64,000 nucleotides of DNA from Alphaproteobacteria bacterium (GTDB lineage: Bacteria > Pseudomonadota > Alphaproteobacteria > CALKHQ01), in contig CBDDFZ010000001.1 of the NCBI GenBank assembly GCA_965227515.1, positions 1,984,001-2,048,000 of the forward strand, read 5' to 3'. The notes beneath the pieces are model-generated. The model ran no database searches, had not been told where the DNA came from, and saw only the letters and a list, made by a program, of their open reading frames with translations. Below, piece after piece: positions 20,949-29,498 of this stretch. The position numbers were made by a program, and so were the translations under genes. Position 1 is the stretch's first letter. Each line of letters begins with the position of its first letter.

Positions 20949-22473
20949 ACAGCCGGCCGCAGCTCGCCGCGAACTGCTCGTAGGCAGGCACGGCACCCCC
21001 CATGTCGCTGACCAGCTTGGCGAAGTCCGGATTGGCGGCGAGCAAGGGACCGGCAACGTGCAGCAACGCGCTGACCTGGCGCTCGGTCAGGGTCCAACTG
21101 GTCGGAATGGTGCGGAAGGCATCGCGGCAGGCCCGATCGCCGATCAGTTCGAAGTCCACTACCAGGGCGAACCGGTCGACATCGGGCGCCACGCCCTCGG
21201 CCACCTGCAGCAGCCGCTCCTCGTCCTCCTTGATCACGGTGCGGCCGTACTGCGCCAGTTCCGCGCGGTAGTTCTCCGCCCCGCGCTCGATCAGGCTCTT
21301 CAGCCGTTGGATCAGTCCGAACGAGGCGGCGTTGATCGGGTTGGAGATGGTCGCCGACAGCATAGTGAACAGGCCCGGCGCCTCGCCGCTGTCGTGGATG
21401 TCGAAGTCGTTGCCAACGCGGGCACTGATCACCAGCACCACCACCCGCTTCACGTTGCCCGACACGATATCGAGCAGGAAGTAGGGCGGCACCTCCTGGG
21501 TCGAGATCAGGCGCAGGGGCTCGGTCAGGCCCAGATTGTCGACCGTGCCGCCGTCCAGCAGGTGGATCCAGGCCTTGCGGGCGTCGTCCGAAGCGGCGAC
21601 GCAGGGGCCGCTATCGGGACACTCCATGTTCAAATAGCTGAGCGCGACATGGGCGCGTTGCAGCCGTTCGATGTCGCGATGGCGGTCGAACGCCAGCCCG
21701 TCGCGCACCCACGTAGTGCCGGGGGGCAGCGCCAGCCCGGCGTCGCCATCCGGGCCGGCCTGGGCGGGGCAGGGGGATTGGTTCTGCAGTGCCAGCGGCG
21801 CGAACGCGATCGGCACCGCGGCGGAGGCGGCCACCGCATCCGCCACCGGGAACGCGGTCAGGTCGGCGCACAACAGGTCGAACCAGGGCTGGGTGAACGC
21901 GAACGCGGTGCCCTCGCCCATGTCGGCGGCATTGACGATCAGATAGGGGCGGCGGCCCATCAGGTCGGCATAGGTGGCGTCGCCGAACAGCGTGTCCTCG
22001 AAATACTCGATCACCGGGTCGAGCCGGGTGTAGCCGGGGCCGGCGAGCTGGGCGAGCGTGATGGGGTTGGCCGCAGCTCCCATCAGGGCGGCGTTGCCGG
22101 ACTGGCGCAGGAACTCCCGCTCCAGGGTGTCGAAGCCGTCGCGGCCGGCCAGCGCGAACCAGGCCGAGGTGACGCTGCCGCCGGAGACCGACGAGATGAC
22201 GTCGACCTCATCGAGCATGGTGCGGCCGGGCCCGATGGGAATGGCGTCCAGCGCGCGCAGCGTGCCCAGCGTCAGGGCGGCTGCCCGCTGCCCGCCGCCG
22301 GACGCGGTGACGATGAACAGGGTCTCGCGATCGGAGTTGACGTCGCCGGGCCAGATGTACTGGTCGGCGCGCTCGGGCGTCAGCGCCTCGGTGCGCGGCG
22401 GCGTCTCGCAGCCGGCGAGCAGTGCGACGGGCGCGGTCAGCAGCGCGCACGCCGCCATCTTCCACTTCGCCAT
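20941..22473 (-). CDS. Patatin-like phospholipase lipoprotein
   Basis: Lipobox LAGC, SGGGQRAA, SVSGGS, DGG; start at ATG 22473 after GGAGGG. Confidence 0.85.
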   Translation of the reverse strand: MAKWKMAACALLTAPVALLAGCETPPRTEALTPERADQYIWPGDVNSDRETLFIVTASGGGQRAAALTLGTLRALDAIPIGPGRTMLDEVDVISSVSGGSVTSAWFALAGRDGFDTLEREFLRQSGNAALMGAAANPITLAQLAGPGYTRLDPVIEYFEDTLFGDATYADLMGRRPYLIVNAADMGEGTAFAFTQPWFDLLCADLTAFPVADAVAASAAVPIAFAPLALQNQSPCPAQAGPDGDAGLALPPGTTWVRDGLAFDRHRDIERLQRAHVALSYLNMECPDSGPCVAASDDARKAWIHLLDGGTVDNLGLTEPLRLISTQEVPPYFLLDIVSGNVKRVVVLVISARVGNDFDIHDSGEAPGLFTMLSATISNPINAASFGLIQRLKSLIERGAENYRAELAQYGRTVIKEDEERLLQVAEGVAPDVDRFALVVDFELIGDRACRDAFRTIPTSWTLTERQVSALLHVAGPLLAANPDFAKLVSDMGGAVPAYEQFAASCGRLFN

Positions 22474-22555
22474 GCCATGCCCCTCCGTGCGTTGTGCCGC
22501 GCCGGGGATGGTGCGGGTTTTAATGAAGGGACGCAAGCGAGATGCATTGTGATGG

Positions 22556-22584
22556 TTGACATAATTGTCCCAATATCGTACAAA
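22556..22584 (+). promoter_or_regulatory. Putative sigma70 promoter of hicAB
   Basis: TTGACA-17 nt-TACAAA in an AT-rich island upstream of hicA. Confidence 0.55.
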
Positions 22585-22632
22585 AAGAGACCTGTTGGAG
22601 GCGAAAATAACCCTGGGACGTGTTCGTCTTTG

Positions 22633-22842
22633 ATGAGGGGGGATCGCCTCCACAAGAATGCGAAGGAATTCGAGCGTTGGTTGCGCAAGCAAGGGATCGA
22701 GATCGACCGAACCCGCGGAAAGGGTGGCCACGTGAAACTGACCAATCCGGCCAACGGCAAGGTCAGCACCATGACCAGCGGCAAACGCGATCTGCCCAAG
22801 GGGCTGGTCGAGGGCATCAAGAAGCAGCTTGGACTGAAGTGA
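22633..22842 (+). CDS. hicA: HicA family toxin (mRNA interferase)
   Basis: EFERWLRKQG..RGKGGHVKL..IKKQLGL pattern; immediately upstream of HicB; start uncertain. Confidence 0.85.
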   Translation: MRGDRLHKNAKEFERWLRKQGIEIDRTRGKGGHVKLTNPANGKVSTMTSGKRDLPKGLVEGIKKQLGLK

Positions 22843-22864
22843 CGGCGCATCTGGACAGGACCGG

Positions 22865-23323
22865 TTGATGTACGCCTTTCCGATGACATTTACCGACGCA
22901 AGCCAATGGGACCCGGATGAGTCCGGTGTCGTCGTCGCTTGTGCCGATCTGCCAGAACTGCAAACGGCGGGCGACGACATGAGCGACGCGTTGTCGATGG
23001 CGCGCGATGCGCTCGCCCTGGTGCTGCAGATCTATGTCGAGGACAAGCGCCCGGTGCCGGCGCCATCCGCCCCGCGCAAGGGCGAAGTGGTGGTGGAGCC
23101 GGACCTCGTCACCGCGTTGCGGACGAAGCTCTATGAGGCGTTGCGCGACCGTGGGGTGACTCAGGTTGCGCTGGCCGAGCGGATGGGCACCAACCGGCGG
23201 ATGGTCGCGCGGTTGTTGGACTGGAAGCACAACGCCAACCCGGCGACGCTGGCCGATGCCCTGCGCGCCCTGGACTACAGACTCGATATCCGTGCCGTCG
23301 ATACGGCACCCCGGGCGGCCTAG
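22865..23323 (+). CDS. hicB: HicB family antitoxin with C-terminal HTH
   Basis: DLPELQTAGD..DALSMARDAL RNase H-like part plus TQVALAERMG HTH. Confidence 0.88.
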   Translation: MMYAFPMTFTDASQWDPDESGVVVACADLPELQTAGDDMSDALSMARDALALVLQIYVEDKRPVPAPSAPRKGEVVVEPDLVTALRTKLYEALRDRGVTQVALAERMGTNRRMVARLLDWKHNANPATLADALRALDYRLDIRAVDTAPRAA

Positions 23324-23335
23324 CTGACCAGAAGA

Positions 23336-23392
23336 CGTGGATGCCTCCTCGGAACAAGTCCGAGGACAGGCTCCACAAGTCCGCGCATGACG
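23336..23392. repeat. Palindromic repeat half (CGTGGATG...CATGACG) with nested hairpin
   Basis: Same ends as the 1991/42423 family; internal CCTCGGAACAAGTCCGAGG hairpin. Confidence 0.7.
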
Positions 23393-23522
23393 GAGTGAGG
23401 TAGAAAGCGTAGATGGGCTAACGGCCCTTGTTTGGTGGCGTGCATGAGTGGTCGTCCCTCAAGATGTCGGTGTCATACACGGAGTCGGGTTTGCCGCTCC
23501 AAGACATCGAGGAGAGACGACC

Positions 23523-24566
23523 ATGAACTACTATGCCGGGATTGACGTTTCTTTGGAATGGTCATCGGTGTGCGTTGTTGACGGCGCGGGCGGGATTGTC
23601 TGCGAGGCTCGTATTGCGAGCACGCCGGCGGGTTTGTTGTTGTGGTTTGGGTCTTTGGGGATTTCGGTTGAGCGGATTGGTCTTGAGGCGGGGCCGTTGT
23701 CGCAATGGCTTGTGCGGGGATGTAGCGAGGGCGGTCTTTCGGTTGAGTTGCTGGAGACGCGTCATGTTGCGCGAGCGCTTTCGACGATGCCGGTGAAGTC
23801 GGACCGCTCGGACGCACGCGGGATTGCTCAGCTGATGCGTGTGGGCTGGTTTCGTCCGGTTCACTGCAAGTCTTTGGCGGCCCAGGAGATGCGGGCCCTT
23901 TTGAAGGGTCGCGACCAGCTCCGCGCGAAGCTGCACGATCTTGAGATGCACCTTCGTGGTCAGCTGCGGAACTTCGGGCTGAAGGTAGGGCACACCACCA
24001 GGCGCAGCTTTTCGACACGTATTTCGGAGCTTGTGGCGGGGCATCCGGTACTGGAGGCGGTGGCGGGGGCGCTGCTGTCGGCACGCGATGGCCTGTTGCT
24101 ATCGTTCACGGCGCTGGACCGGCAGGTCCGGGCGGCGGCGCAGGCCGACGATCGCGCTCGCCTGCTGATGACGGTGCCGGGCGTGGGGAGCATTGTCGGA
24201 CTGACCTACTTGTCGGGAGTGGACGACCCCGGGCGGTTTGCCTCGTCGCGCCTGGTGGGTGCGCACTTCGGCCTGACGCCGACCAAGCGCCAGTCGGGCG
24301 AGAGCGAGGTGATGGGGCGGATATCGAAGGTAGGGGACGCCGATGTGCGCTCGGCCCTCTATGAGGCGGCACACGTGGTTCTGACCCGGCCGATCGAGGG
24401 CGGCTGGCTGAAGAGCTGGGCGATGAAGCTGGCCAGGCGTGCGGGCATGAGGAAGGCGAAGGTCGCGCTGGCGCGCCGGCTCGCCGTGATCATGCACCGG
24501 ATGTGGGTTGACGGCACACCGTTCAACCATGCCGGACCGGTGCGCCCGGCGATGGCGACAGCATGA
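23523..24566 (+). CDS. IS110-family DEDD recombinase/transposase
   Basis: GIDVS, LEAG, KSDRSDA (DEDD), VPGVG, QSG (catalytic Ser), ISKVGD, ALARRL; RBS GAGGAG before ATG 23523. Confidence 0.96.
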   Translation: MNYYAGIDVSLEWSSVCVVDGAGGIVCEARIASTPAGLLLWFGSLGISVERIGLEAGPLSQWLVRGCSEGGLSVELLETRHVARALSTMPVKSDRSDARGIAQLMRVGWFRPVHCKSLAAQEMRALLKGRDQLRAKLHDLEMHLRGQLRNFGLKVGHTTRRSFSTRISELVAGHPVLEAVAGALLSARDGLLLSFTALDRQVRAAAQADDRARLLMTVPGVGSIVGLTYLSGVDDPGRFASSRLVGAHFGLTPTKRQSGESEVMGRISKVGDADVRSALYEAAHVVLTRPIEGGWLKSWAMKLARRAGMRKAKVALARRLAVIMHRMWVDGTPFNHAGPVRPAMATA

Positions 24567-24599
24567 TGGCCGCGGCATAAGGAGAACCGACACACGAGC

Positions 24600-24800
24600 T
24601 TCGACGGGCACCGACACCGGCCCGTCGAGCGCCGTCCCGCGCCGGGACGATGGATCAGGTCAGGCCGCCATCCGGGATGTCGCCTCGCATGAGAGCACGC
24701 TTCCGTAGATTGGACCGACCGATCCTCGCATATCCATCTTGGCGGCGGCCCTGCGCCGACCCCGTACAGAAGCATGACCCAGGCGCCGGGACGACGAAAA
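24600..24800 (+). ncRNA. Putative bridge/seek RNA of the IS1111-type element (copy 1)
   Basis: Non-coding right end with nested stems and four segments matching target and donor junction; boundaries approximate. Confidence 0.75.
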
Positions 24801-24830
24801 AGGGATTGACCAACAATGGCCCGTTACAGA

Positions 24831-24918
24831 AGCCCGGGTGGAGCGGAGCGCAACCCGGGGCCTTCATTGCCGTGATAAGATTTGTCCCCGGGTTTCACTG
24901 CGTTTCACCCGGGCTACG
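24831..24918. repeat. GTAG-type REP doublet (REPIN), left arm interrupted by the IS110 element
   Basis: (CGT)AG CCCGGGTGGAGCGGAGCGCAACCCGGGG ... CCCCGGGTTTCACTGCGTTTCACCCGGGCTACG. Confidence 0.85.
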
Positions 24919-24995
24919 GTTCCACGCACTTCAATTGTCAGCCTCGACATTGCCCAATGGGCGCGCGTCGAGCGTGACAGCCATTGAGGGAATGG

Positions 24996-25040
24996 AAAGG
25001 AAAGAAGGCGGCGGGCCGGTTGCGGAGCAGCCCGCCGCCT
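24996..25040 (-). terminator. Rho-independent terminator of the met operon
   Basis: 11-bp stem AGGCGGCGGGC/GCCCGCCGCCT followed on the minus strand by TCTTTCCTTT, just after the metE stop. Confidence 0.7.
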
Positions 25041-25051
25041 ACCGCCGGGCA

Positions 25052-27346
25052 TCACTCCGCGGCGGCTTGGGGGCGCGCCAACTGAGAGCGGAGGTCGCGC
25101 GCGGCGGTAACCATGTTGGCGAGGGCAGACTCGACCTCCGGCCAGTCACGGGTCTTCAGCCCGCAGTCCGGATTGACCCACACCTGCTCCGGCGCCAGCA
25201 CCTTCAGCGCCTTTTCCAGCAGGTCGCGCATCACCGATGTGTCCGGCACCCGCGGCGAGTGGATGTCATAGACGCCGGGGCCGATCTCCGCCGGGTAGCG
25301 ATAGGCGGTGAACGCGTCCAAGAGCTCCATGTCGGAGCGCGATGTCTCTACCGAGATCACGTCGGCGTCCAAAGCGCCGATGGACTCGATGATGTCGTTG
25401 AACTCCGAGTAGCACATGTGGGTGTGGATCTGGGTGTCGTCGCGCACGCCGCTGGCCGACAGCCGGAACGCCTCGACCGCCCACTTGAGATAGGCCGGCC
25501 AGTCGGCCTGGCGCAGGGGCAGGCCCTCGCGCAGGGCGGGCTCATCGATCTGCACCGCGCGGATGCCGGCGGTCTCCAGGTCGACCACCTCGTCGCGGAT
25601 GGCGAGCGCGATCTGCTTGGTGGTTTCCGAGCGCGGCTGGTCGTCACGCACGAACGACCACTGCAGGATGGTCACCGGGCCGGTGAGCATGCCCTTCATC
25701 GGCTTGTCGGTCTGCGACTGGGCGTAGCGCGACCATTCCACCGTCATCGGGTTCGGGCGCGACACGTCGCCGAAGATGATCGGCGGCTTCACGCAGCGCG
25801 AGCCGTAGGACTGGACCCAGCCATTGGCGGTGAAGGCGAAACCGTCGAGCTGCTCGCCGAAATACTCCACCATGTCGTTGCGCTCGAACTCGCCGTGCAC
25901 CAGCACGTCGAGGCCGATCGCCTCCTGGCGGCGGATGCAGTCGTCGGTCTTCTCCTGCAGGAACTTGGTGTAGGCCGCGTCGTCCAGGTCGCCGCGGCGG
26001 TTGGCAGCGCGGGCCTGGCGCACGTCCTTGGTCTGCGGGAACGAGCCGATGGTGGTGGTGGGCAGCGGCGGCAGGTCGAGCGCCGCGCGCTGCGCCTCCC
26101 GGCGCGCCGGATAGGGGCTCTGCCGGGTCAGCCAGGCGTCGTTCACGCTGGCGGACCGCGCCTTCACCTCGTCGTTGTGGATCCGCTTCGAGGTCTTGCG
26201 GCTGGCCACGGCGGCATCGCTGTCGACGAAGGAGTCGGCGGTGGAGGGCAGGGTGCCGTTGGCCGCCTGCGCGATGGCCACGACTTCGTCCACCTTCTGC
26301 ACCGCGAAGGCGAGCCAGCTCTTCAACTCGTCGTCCAGCTTGGTCTCGCGGTTCAGGTCGACCGGACTGTGCAGCAGGGAGCACGAGGAGGCGACGATCA
26401 CCCGCTCGTCGCCGAGCTTCGCGGCGGTATCGCGCACGGTCTGCAGGGCGGCCGTCAGGTCGGTGCGCCAGATGTTGCGGCCGTCAACGAGGCCCAGCGA
26501 GGCGACCTTGTCGCTGCCGAGGGCATCGAGACCGGCGGCCAGCTCCTCGCCGCCACGGGTCAGGTCGAAGTGCAGGCCGGCCACCGGCAGGCCCGCGGCG
26601 CGCTTCAGGTTCGGGCCGTACGGGCCGAAATAGCTGGTCAGCAGGATCTTCAGGTCGGGCGCTGCCGCGGCCAGCGACCCGTAGGCGGTCTCCAGCGCGT
26701 CGAGCTGCGCATCATCGAGGTCGAGTGCCAGCACGGGCTCGTCGATCTGCACCCACCCCACGCCGGCGCCGGAGAGCTCGGACAGCACCTGCGCGTAGAC
26801 AGCAACCAGGTCGTCAATGCGTTGCAGCGGGTCGAACCCCTCCTCCTTCGACTTGGCGAGCACCAGGAACGAGAGCGGACCCACCAGCACGGGCCGGGTC
26901 TCGACGCCCAGCGCCTTCGCCTCGTTCCAGGCGTCGAGCGGGCGGTTGGCGGTCAGCCGGAAGCTGGTGTCGGCAGTCAGCTCGGGCACCATGTAGTGGT
27001 AGTTGGTGTCCAGCCACTTGGTCATTTCCAGCGCCGGTGCGGCGTCGCTGCCGCGTGCCATCGCGAAATAGGTGTCGAGCGCCGTCGCCTCGTCCCCGAA
27101 GCGCGGCGGGATCGCACCCACCATCACGGCGGTGTCCAGCACGTGGTCGTAGAACGAGAAATCGTTGCTGGCGATGTGGTCGACGCCGGCATCGGCCTGG
27201 CGCCGCCAGTTGGCGGCGCGCAGCTCGCGCGCGGTCGCCTCGAGCGCGTCGGCGGCGATCTCGCCGCGCCAGAACTGCTCCAGCGCCTTCTTTAGTTCGC
27301 GGCGCGCGCCGATGCGCGGAAAGCCGAGGATGGCAGATTGCACCAT
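25052..27346 (-). CDS. metE: Cobalamin-independent methionine synthase
   Basis: GFPRIG..RELK, MTKWLDTNYHY, TTTIGSFPQT, HTHMCYSE, NPDCGLKTR. Confidence 0.98.
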   Translation of the reverse strand: MVQSAILGFPRIGARRELKKALEQFWRGEIAADALEATARELRAANWRRQADAGVDHIASNDFSFYDHVLDTAVMVGAIPPRFGDEATALDTYFAMARGSDAAPALEMTKWLDTNYHYMVPELTADTSFRLTANRPLDAWNEAKALGVETRPVLVGPLSFLVLAKSKEEGFDPLQRIDDLVAVYAQVLSELSGAGVGWVQIDEPVLALDLDDAQLDALETAYGSLAAAAPDLKILLTSYFGPYGPNLKRAAGLPVAGLHFDLTRGGEELAAGLDALGSDKVASLGLVDGRNIWRTDLTAALQTVRDTAAKLGDERVIVASSCSLLHSPVDLNRETKLDDELKSWLAFAVQKVDEVVAIAQAANGTLPSTADSFVDSDAAVASRKTSKRIHNDEVKARSASVNDAWLTRQSPYPARREAQRAALDLPPLPTTTIGSFPQTKDVRQARAANRRGDLDDAAYTKFLQEKTDDCIRRQEAIGLDVLVHGEFERNDMVEYFGEQLDGFAFTANGWVQSYGSRCVKPPIIFGDVSRPNPMTVEWSRYAQSQTDKPMKGMLTGPVTILQWSFVRDDQPRSETTKQIALAIRDEVVDLETAGIRAVQIDEPALREGLPLRQADWPAYLKWAVEAFRLSASGVRDDTQIHTHMCYSEFNDIIESIGALDADVISVETSRSDMELLDAFTAYRYPAEIGPGVYDIHSPRVPDTSVMRDLLEKALKVLAPEQVWVNPDCGLKTRDWPEVESALANMVTAARDLRSQLARPQAAAE

Positions 27347-27368
27347 GTGGAAATCTCCGTGGATTTGA

Positions 27369-28295
27369 TCAGTTGGCGAGCGCGCGGTCCGGGCGCACGC
27401 CGAGCCGCAGGCACAGCGCGCGCGTCAGGTCGGCGCGGTTGAGGGTGTAGAAATGAAAGGCGTTCACGCCTTCGGCCTGCAGCAGGCGGCATTGCTCCGA
27501 GGCGACGGTGGCGGCAACGAGTTGGCGCGCCTCCGCGTCCTGGTCCAGGTCGTCGAACAGCTCGGCGATCCAGTCCGGCACCGCAGCACCGCACGCCTTC
27601 GCGAACTCGGCCGCGCGCCCGAAGTTGGTGATCGGCAGAATGCCGGGCACGATGGGCGCAGTGATGCCGGCCGCCGCCGCGCGGTCGCGGAACCGCAGGA
27701 ACGCGTCGACATCGAAGAAGAACTGGGTGATGGCGCGGCTGGCGCCCGCATCCAGCTTGCGCTTCAGATTGTCCAGGTCATCGCCGGCCGAGCGTGCCTG
27801 CGGGTGCACCTCCGGGTAGGCGGCGACGGAAATCTCGAAGTCGGCAATGCGGCGCAAGCCGGCGACCAGGTCGCTGGCATAGGCATAGCCGCCCGGGTGC
27901 GGCACGTAGCCGGAACCGACCCCCTCGGGCGGGTCGCCGCGCAGGGCGACGATGTGGCGGATGCCGGCGTCCCAGTAGCCGCGCGCGATCTCGTCGATCT
28001 CGGCGCGGTCGGCGCCGACGCAGGTCAGGTGGGCGGCGGCGCTCAGCGGGGTTTCCGCATTGATGCGCTTCACCGCCTTCACGGTGCGGGCGCGGGTGCT
28101 GCCGCCGGCCCCGAACGTGACCGAGACGAAGCGCGGGTTGAACGGGATCAGCTGCTGCACCGCCTGCCACCAGCCTTCCTCCAGCTTGGCGGTCTTCGGC
28201 GGGAAGAACTCGAAGCTCACTTCCGGCGCCGGCAGGCCGGTGAAGGGCAGGGTGGCGGAGCGGGTCAGGTGCTCGGGCGCGTGCATGGCGGTCAT
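27369..28295 (-). CDS. metF: 5,10-methylenetetrahydrofolate reductase
   Basis: SFEFFPPK, SVTFGAGG, HLTC, ALRGDPP, ITQFFFD, HFYTLN. Confidence 0.97.
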   Translation of the reverse strand: MTAMHAPEHLTRSATLPFTGLPAPEVSFEFFPPKTAKLEEGWWQAVQQLIPFNPRFVSVTFGAGGSTRARTVKAVKRINAETPLSAAAHLTCVGADRAEIDEIARGYWDAGIRHIVALRGDPPEGVGSGYVPHPGGYAYASDLVAGLRRIADFEISVAAYPEVHPQARSAGDDLDNLKRKLDAGASRAITQFFFDVDAFLRFRDRAAAAGITAPIVPGILPITNFGRAAEFAKACGAAVPDWIAELFDDLDQDAEARQLVAATVASEQCRLLQAEGVNAFHFYTLNRADLTRALCLRLGVRPDRALAN

Positions 28296-28298
28296 GAC

Positions 28299-29273
28299 TC
28301 AGGCCTCGTCGGCGGGTTGCCAGGTTGCGGTATCGGTGGCGGCGCCGTCGCCGCGGCGGGTCAGGCGCCAGACCATGACGGTCAGCGGGTCGCCCTCCAG
28401 CCGGCGAACGGTGTCGATGGCGAGCCCGGCGCGCGCGGCCCAGCCGGCCAGCTCGGCGCTGTCGATGCCGAGCCGGATGTGGGCGTGGTCGATGCGCAGG
28501 CTCTCAAGGTCGTGGCGGTCCAGGTCGACGACGATCAGCGATCCGCCGGGGCGCAGCACCCGCGCCGCCTCGGCCAACACGTCGGCGGGCAGTTCGGCGT
28601 AGTGCAGCACCTGGTGGATGATCGCGACGTCGAACGACGCGGCCTGCAACGGCAACTGGTACATGTCGGCCTGGCGGACGCGGCAGTGGCGCAGCCCGTC
28701 GCGCTCCAGATTGGCGCGGGCGACGGCCAGCATCTCGCGCGACATGTCGACGCCAAGCGCGTTCTCGGTGCGCTCGGCGAACAGCTCGAGCATGCGGCCG
28801 GTGCCGGTGCCGATGTCCAGCAGCGCATCGCAGCGCGCCGGCACCAGGTCCAGCAACGTCGCCTCGACGTCTTTTTCCGGCACGTGGAGCGCGCGGATTT
28901 CGTGCCAGCGTCCGGCGGTCTCGCGGAAATAGGCGGCGGCGGTCTCGGCGCGGTGTCGGCGCACCGTCTCCAGCCGCTCCAGGTCGAGCGCGATCACCGG
29001 ATCGTCGCCGTCCACCGCGTCGATCAGGGTGCGCGCGACGTCGGCGACCTCGGAGTCGGCAGCAAGCCGGAAATAGGACCAGGTGCCCTCGCGCGAGCGT
29101 TCCAGCAGCCCGGCCTCCGACAGCAGCTTCAGGTGGCGGCTGACCCGCGGCTGGCTCTGGCCCAGGATCTGCGTCAGCTCCGACACCGAAAGCTCGGCAT
29201 GCCCGCACAGCACCAGCAGGCGCAATCGCGTCGGCTCGGCGGCGGCCTTCAGGGCATTGAGCAGTGTTTCCAT
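28299..29273 (-). CDS. sahR: ArsR-HTH plus SAM-binding methyltransferase-domain regulator (SahR/SamR-type)
   Basis: QSQPRVSRHLKLL HTH plus LDIGTGTG and ARVLRPGG; first gene of the metF-metE operon. Confidence 0.85.
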   Translation of the reverse strand: METLLNALKAAAEPTRLRLLVLCGHAELSVSELTQILGQSQPRVSRHLKLLSEAGLLERSREGTWSYFRLAADSEVADVARTLIDAVDGDDPVIALDLERLETVRRHRAETAAAYFRETAGRWHEIRALHVPEKDVEATLLDLVPARCDALLDIGTGTGRMLELFAERTENALGVDMSREMLAVARANLERDGLRHCRVRQADMYQLPLQAASFDVAIIHQVLHYAELPADVLAEAARVLRPGGSLIVVDLDRHDLESLRIDHAHIRLGIDSAELAGWAARAGLAIDTVRRLEGDPLTVMVWRLTRRGDGAATDTATWQPADEA

Positions 29274-29311
29274 GGCGCGCGGGCCCGTTCATCGCTGCGG
29301 GGAACGATGAC

Positions 29312-29340
29312 TACATAAAGATATCCTTATATTTCGTCAA
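29312..29340 (-). promoter_or_regulatory. Promoter with overlapping palindromic operator (putative SahR site)
   Basis: Minus strand TTGACG-17-TATGTA; imperfect palindrome ACATAAAGATATCCTTATAT at 29313-29332. Confidence 0.7.
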
Positions 29341-29436
29341 AGACAAAAGTGGGACGCGTGGGAAGTTTCCCCGGAGGGTGGGGTGGCATGGTGGATATTC
29401 TGGATGGAGTCCGGCAGCCAAGCGGCCAAAAAAAGA

Positions 29437-29468
29437 CGTGGATGGCCGGGTCAAGCCCGGCCATGACG
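29437..29468. repeat. Palindromic repeat half (CGTGGATGGCCGGGTCAAGCCCGGCCATGACG)
   Basis: Hairpin of the same family as 1991-2082. Confidence 0.8.
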
Positions 29469-29498
29469 TGAGGAGATGTGCGAGTGGCCTCGGCCGGC

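Larger units (their letters stand above)
23413..24830 (+). mobile_element. IS110-family (IS1111-type) element, copy 1, inserted in a GTAG REP
   Basis: 1418 bp nearly identical to 59180-60597; flanked on both sides by AG; sub-terminal imperfect IRs TAACGGCCCTTGTTTGGT / ACCAACAATGGCCCGTTA; short left end and long right end. Confidence 0.93.

Noticed and set aside
22474-22980. N-terminal extension of the patatin ORF to 679 aa
   Set aside because: Overlaps hicAB on the other strand; lipoprotein signal and RBS place the start at 22473
23405-23412. AAGCGT shared by both IS left flanks as part of the element
   Set aside because: Removing it would destroy the REP GTAG head and the stop codon of the 60598-60861 gene; the donor-guide match supports the junction AGA-AG-ATGG
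23448-23522. GTG start giving a 372-aa transposase
   Set aside because: GAGGAG RBS and the family N-terminus (M.YY.GIDV) indicate ATG 23523
24650-27295. 881-aa plus-strand ORF (and similar long ORFs at 4518-6401, 11486-14002, 34795-36792 and 49991-52237)
   Set aside because: Antisense shadows of well-supported genes; expected from high GC3 codon bias; no motifs
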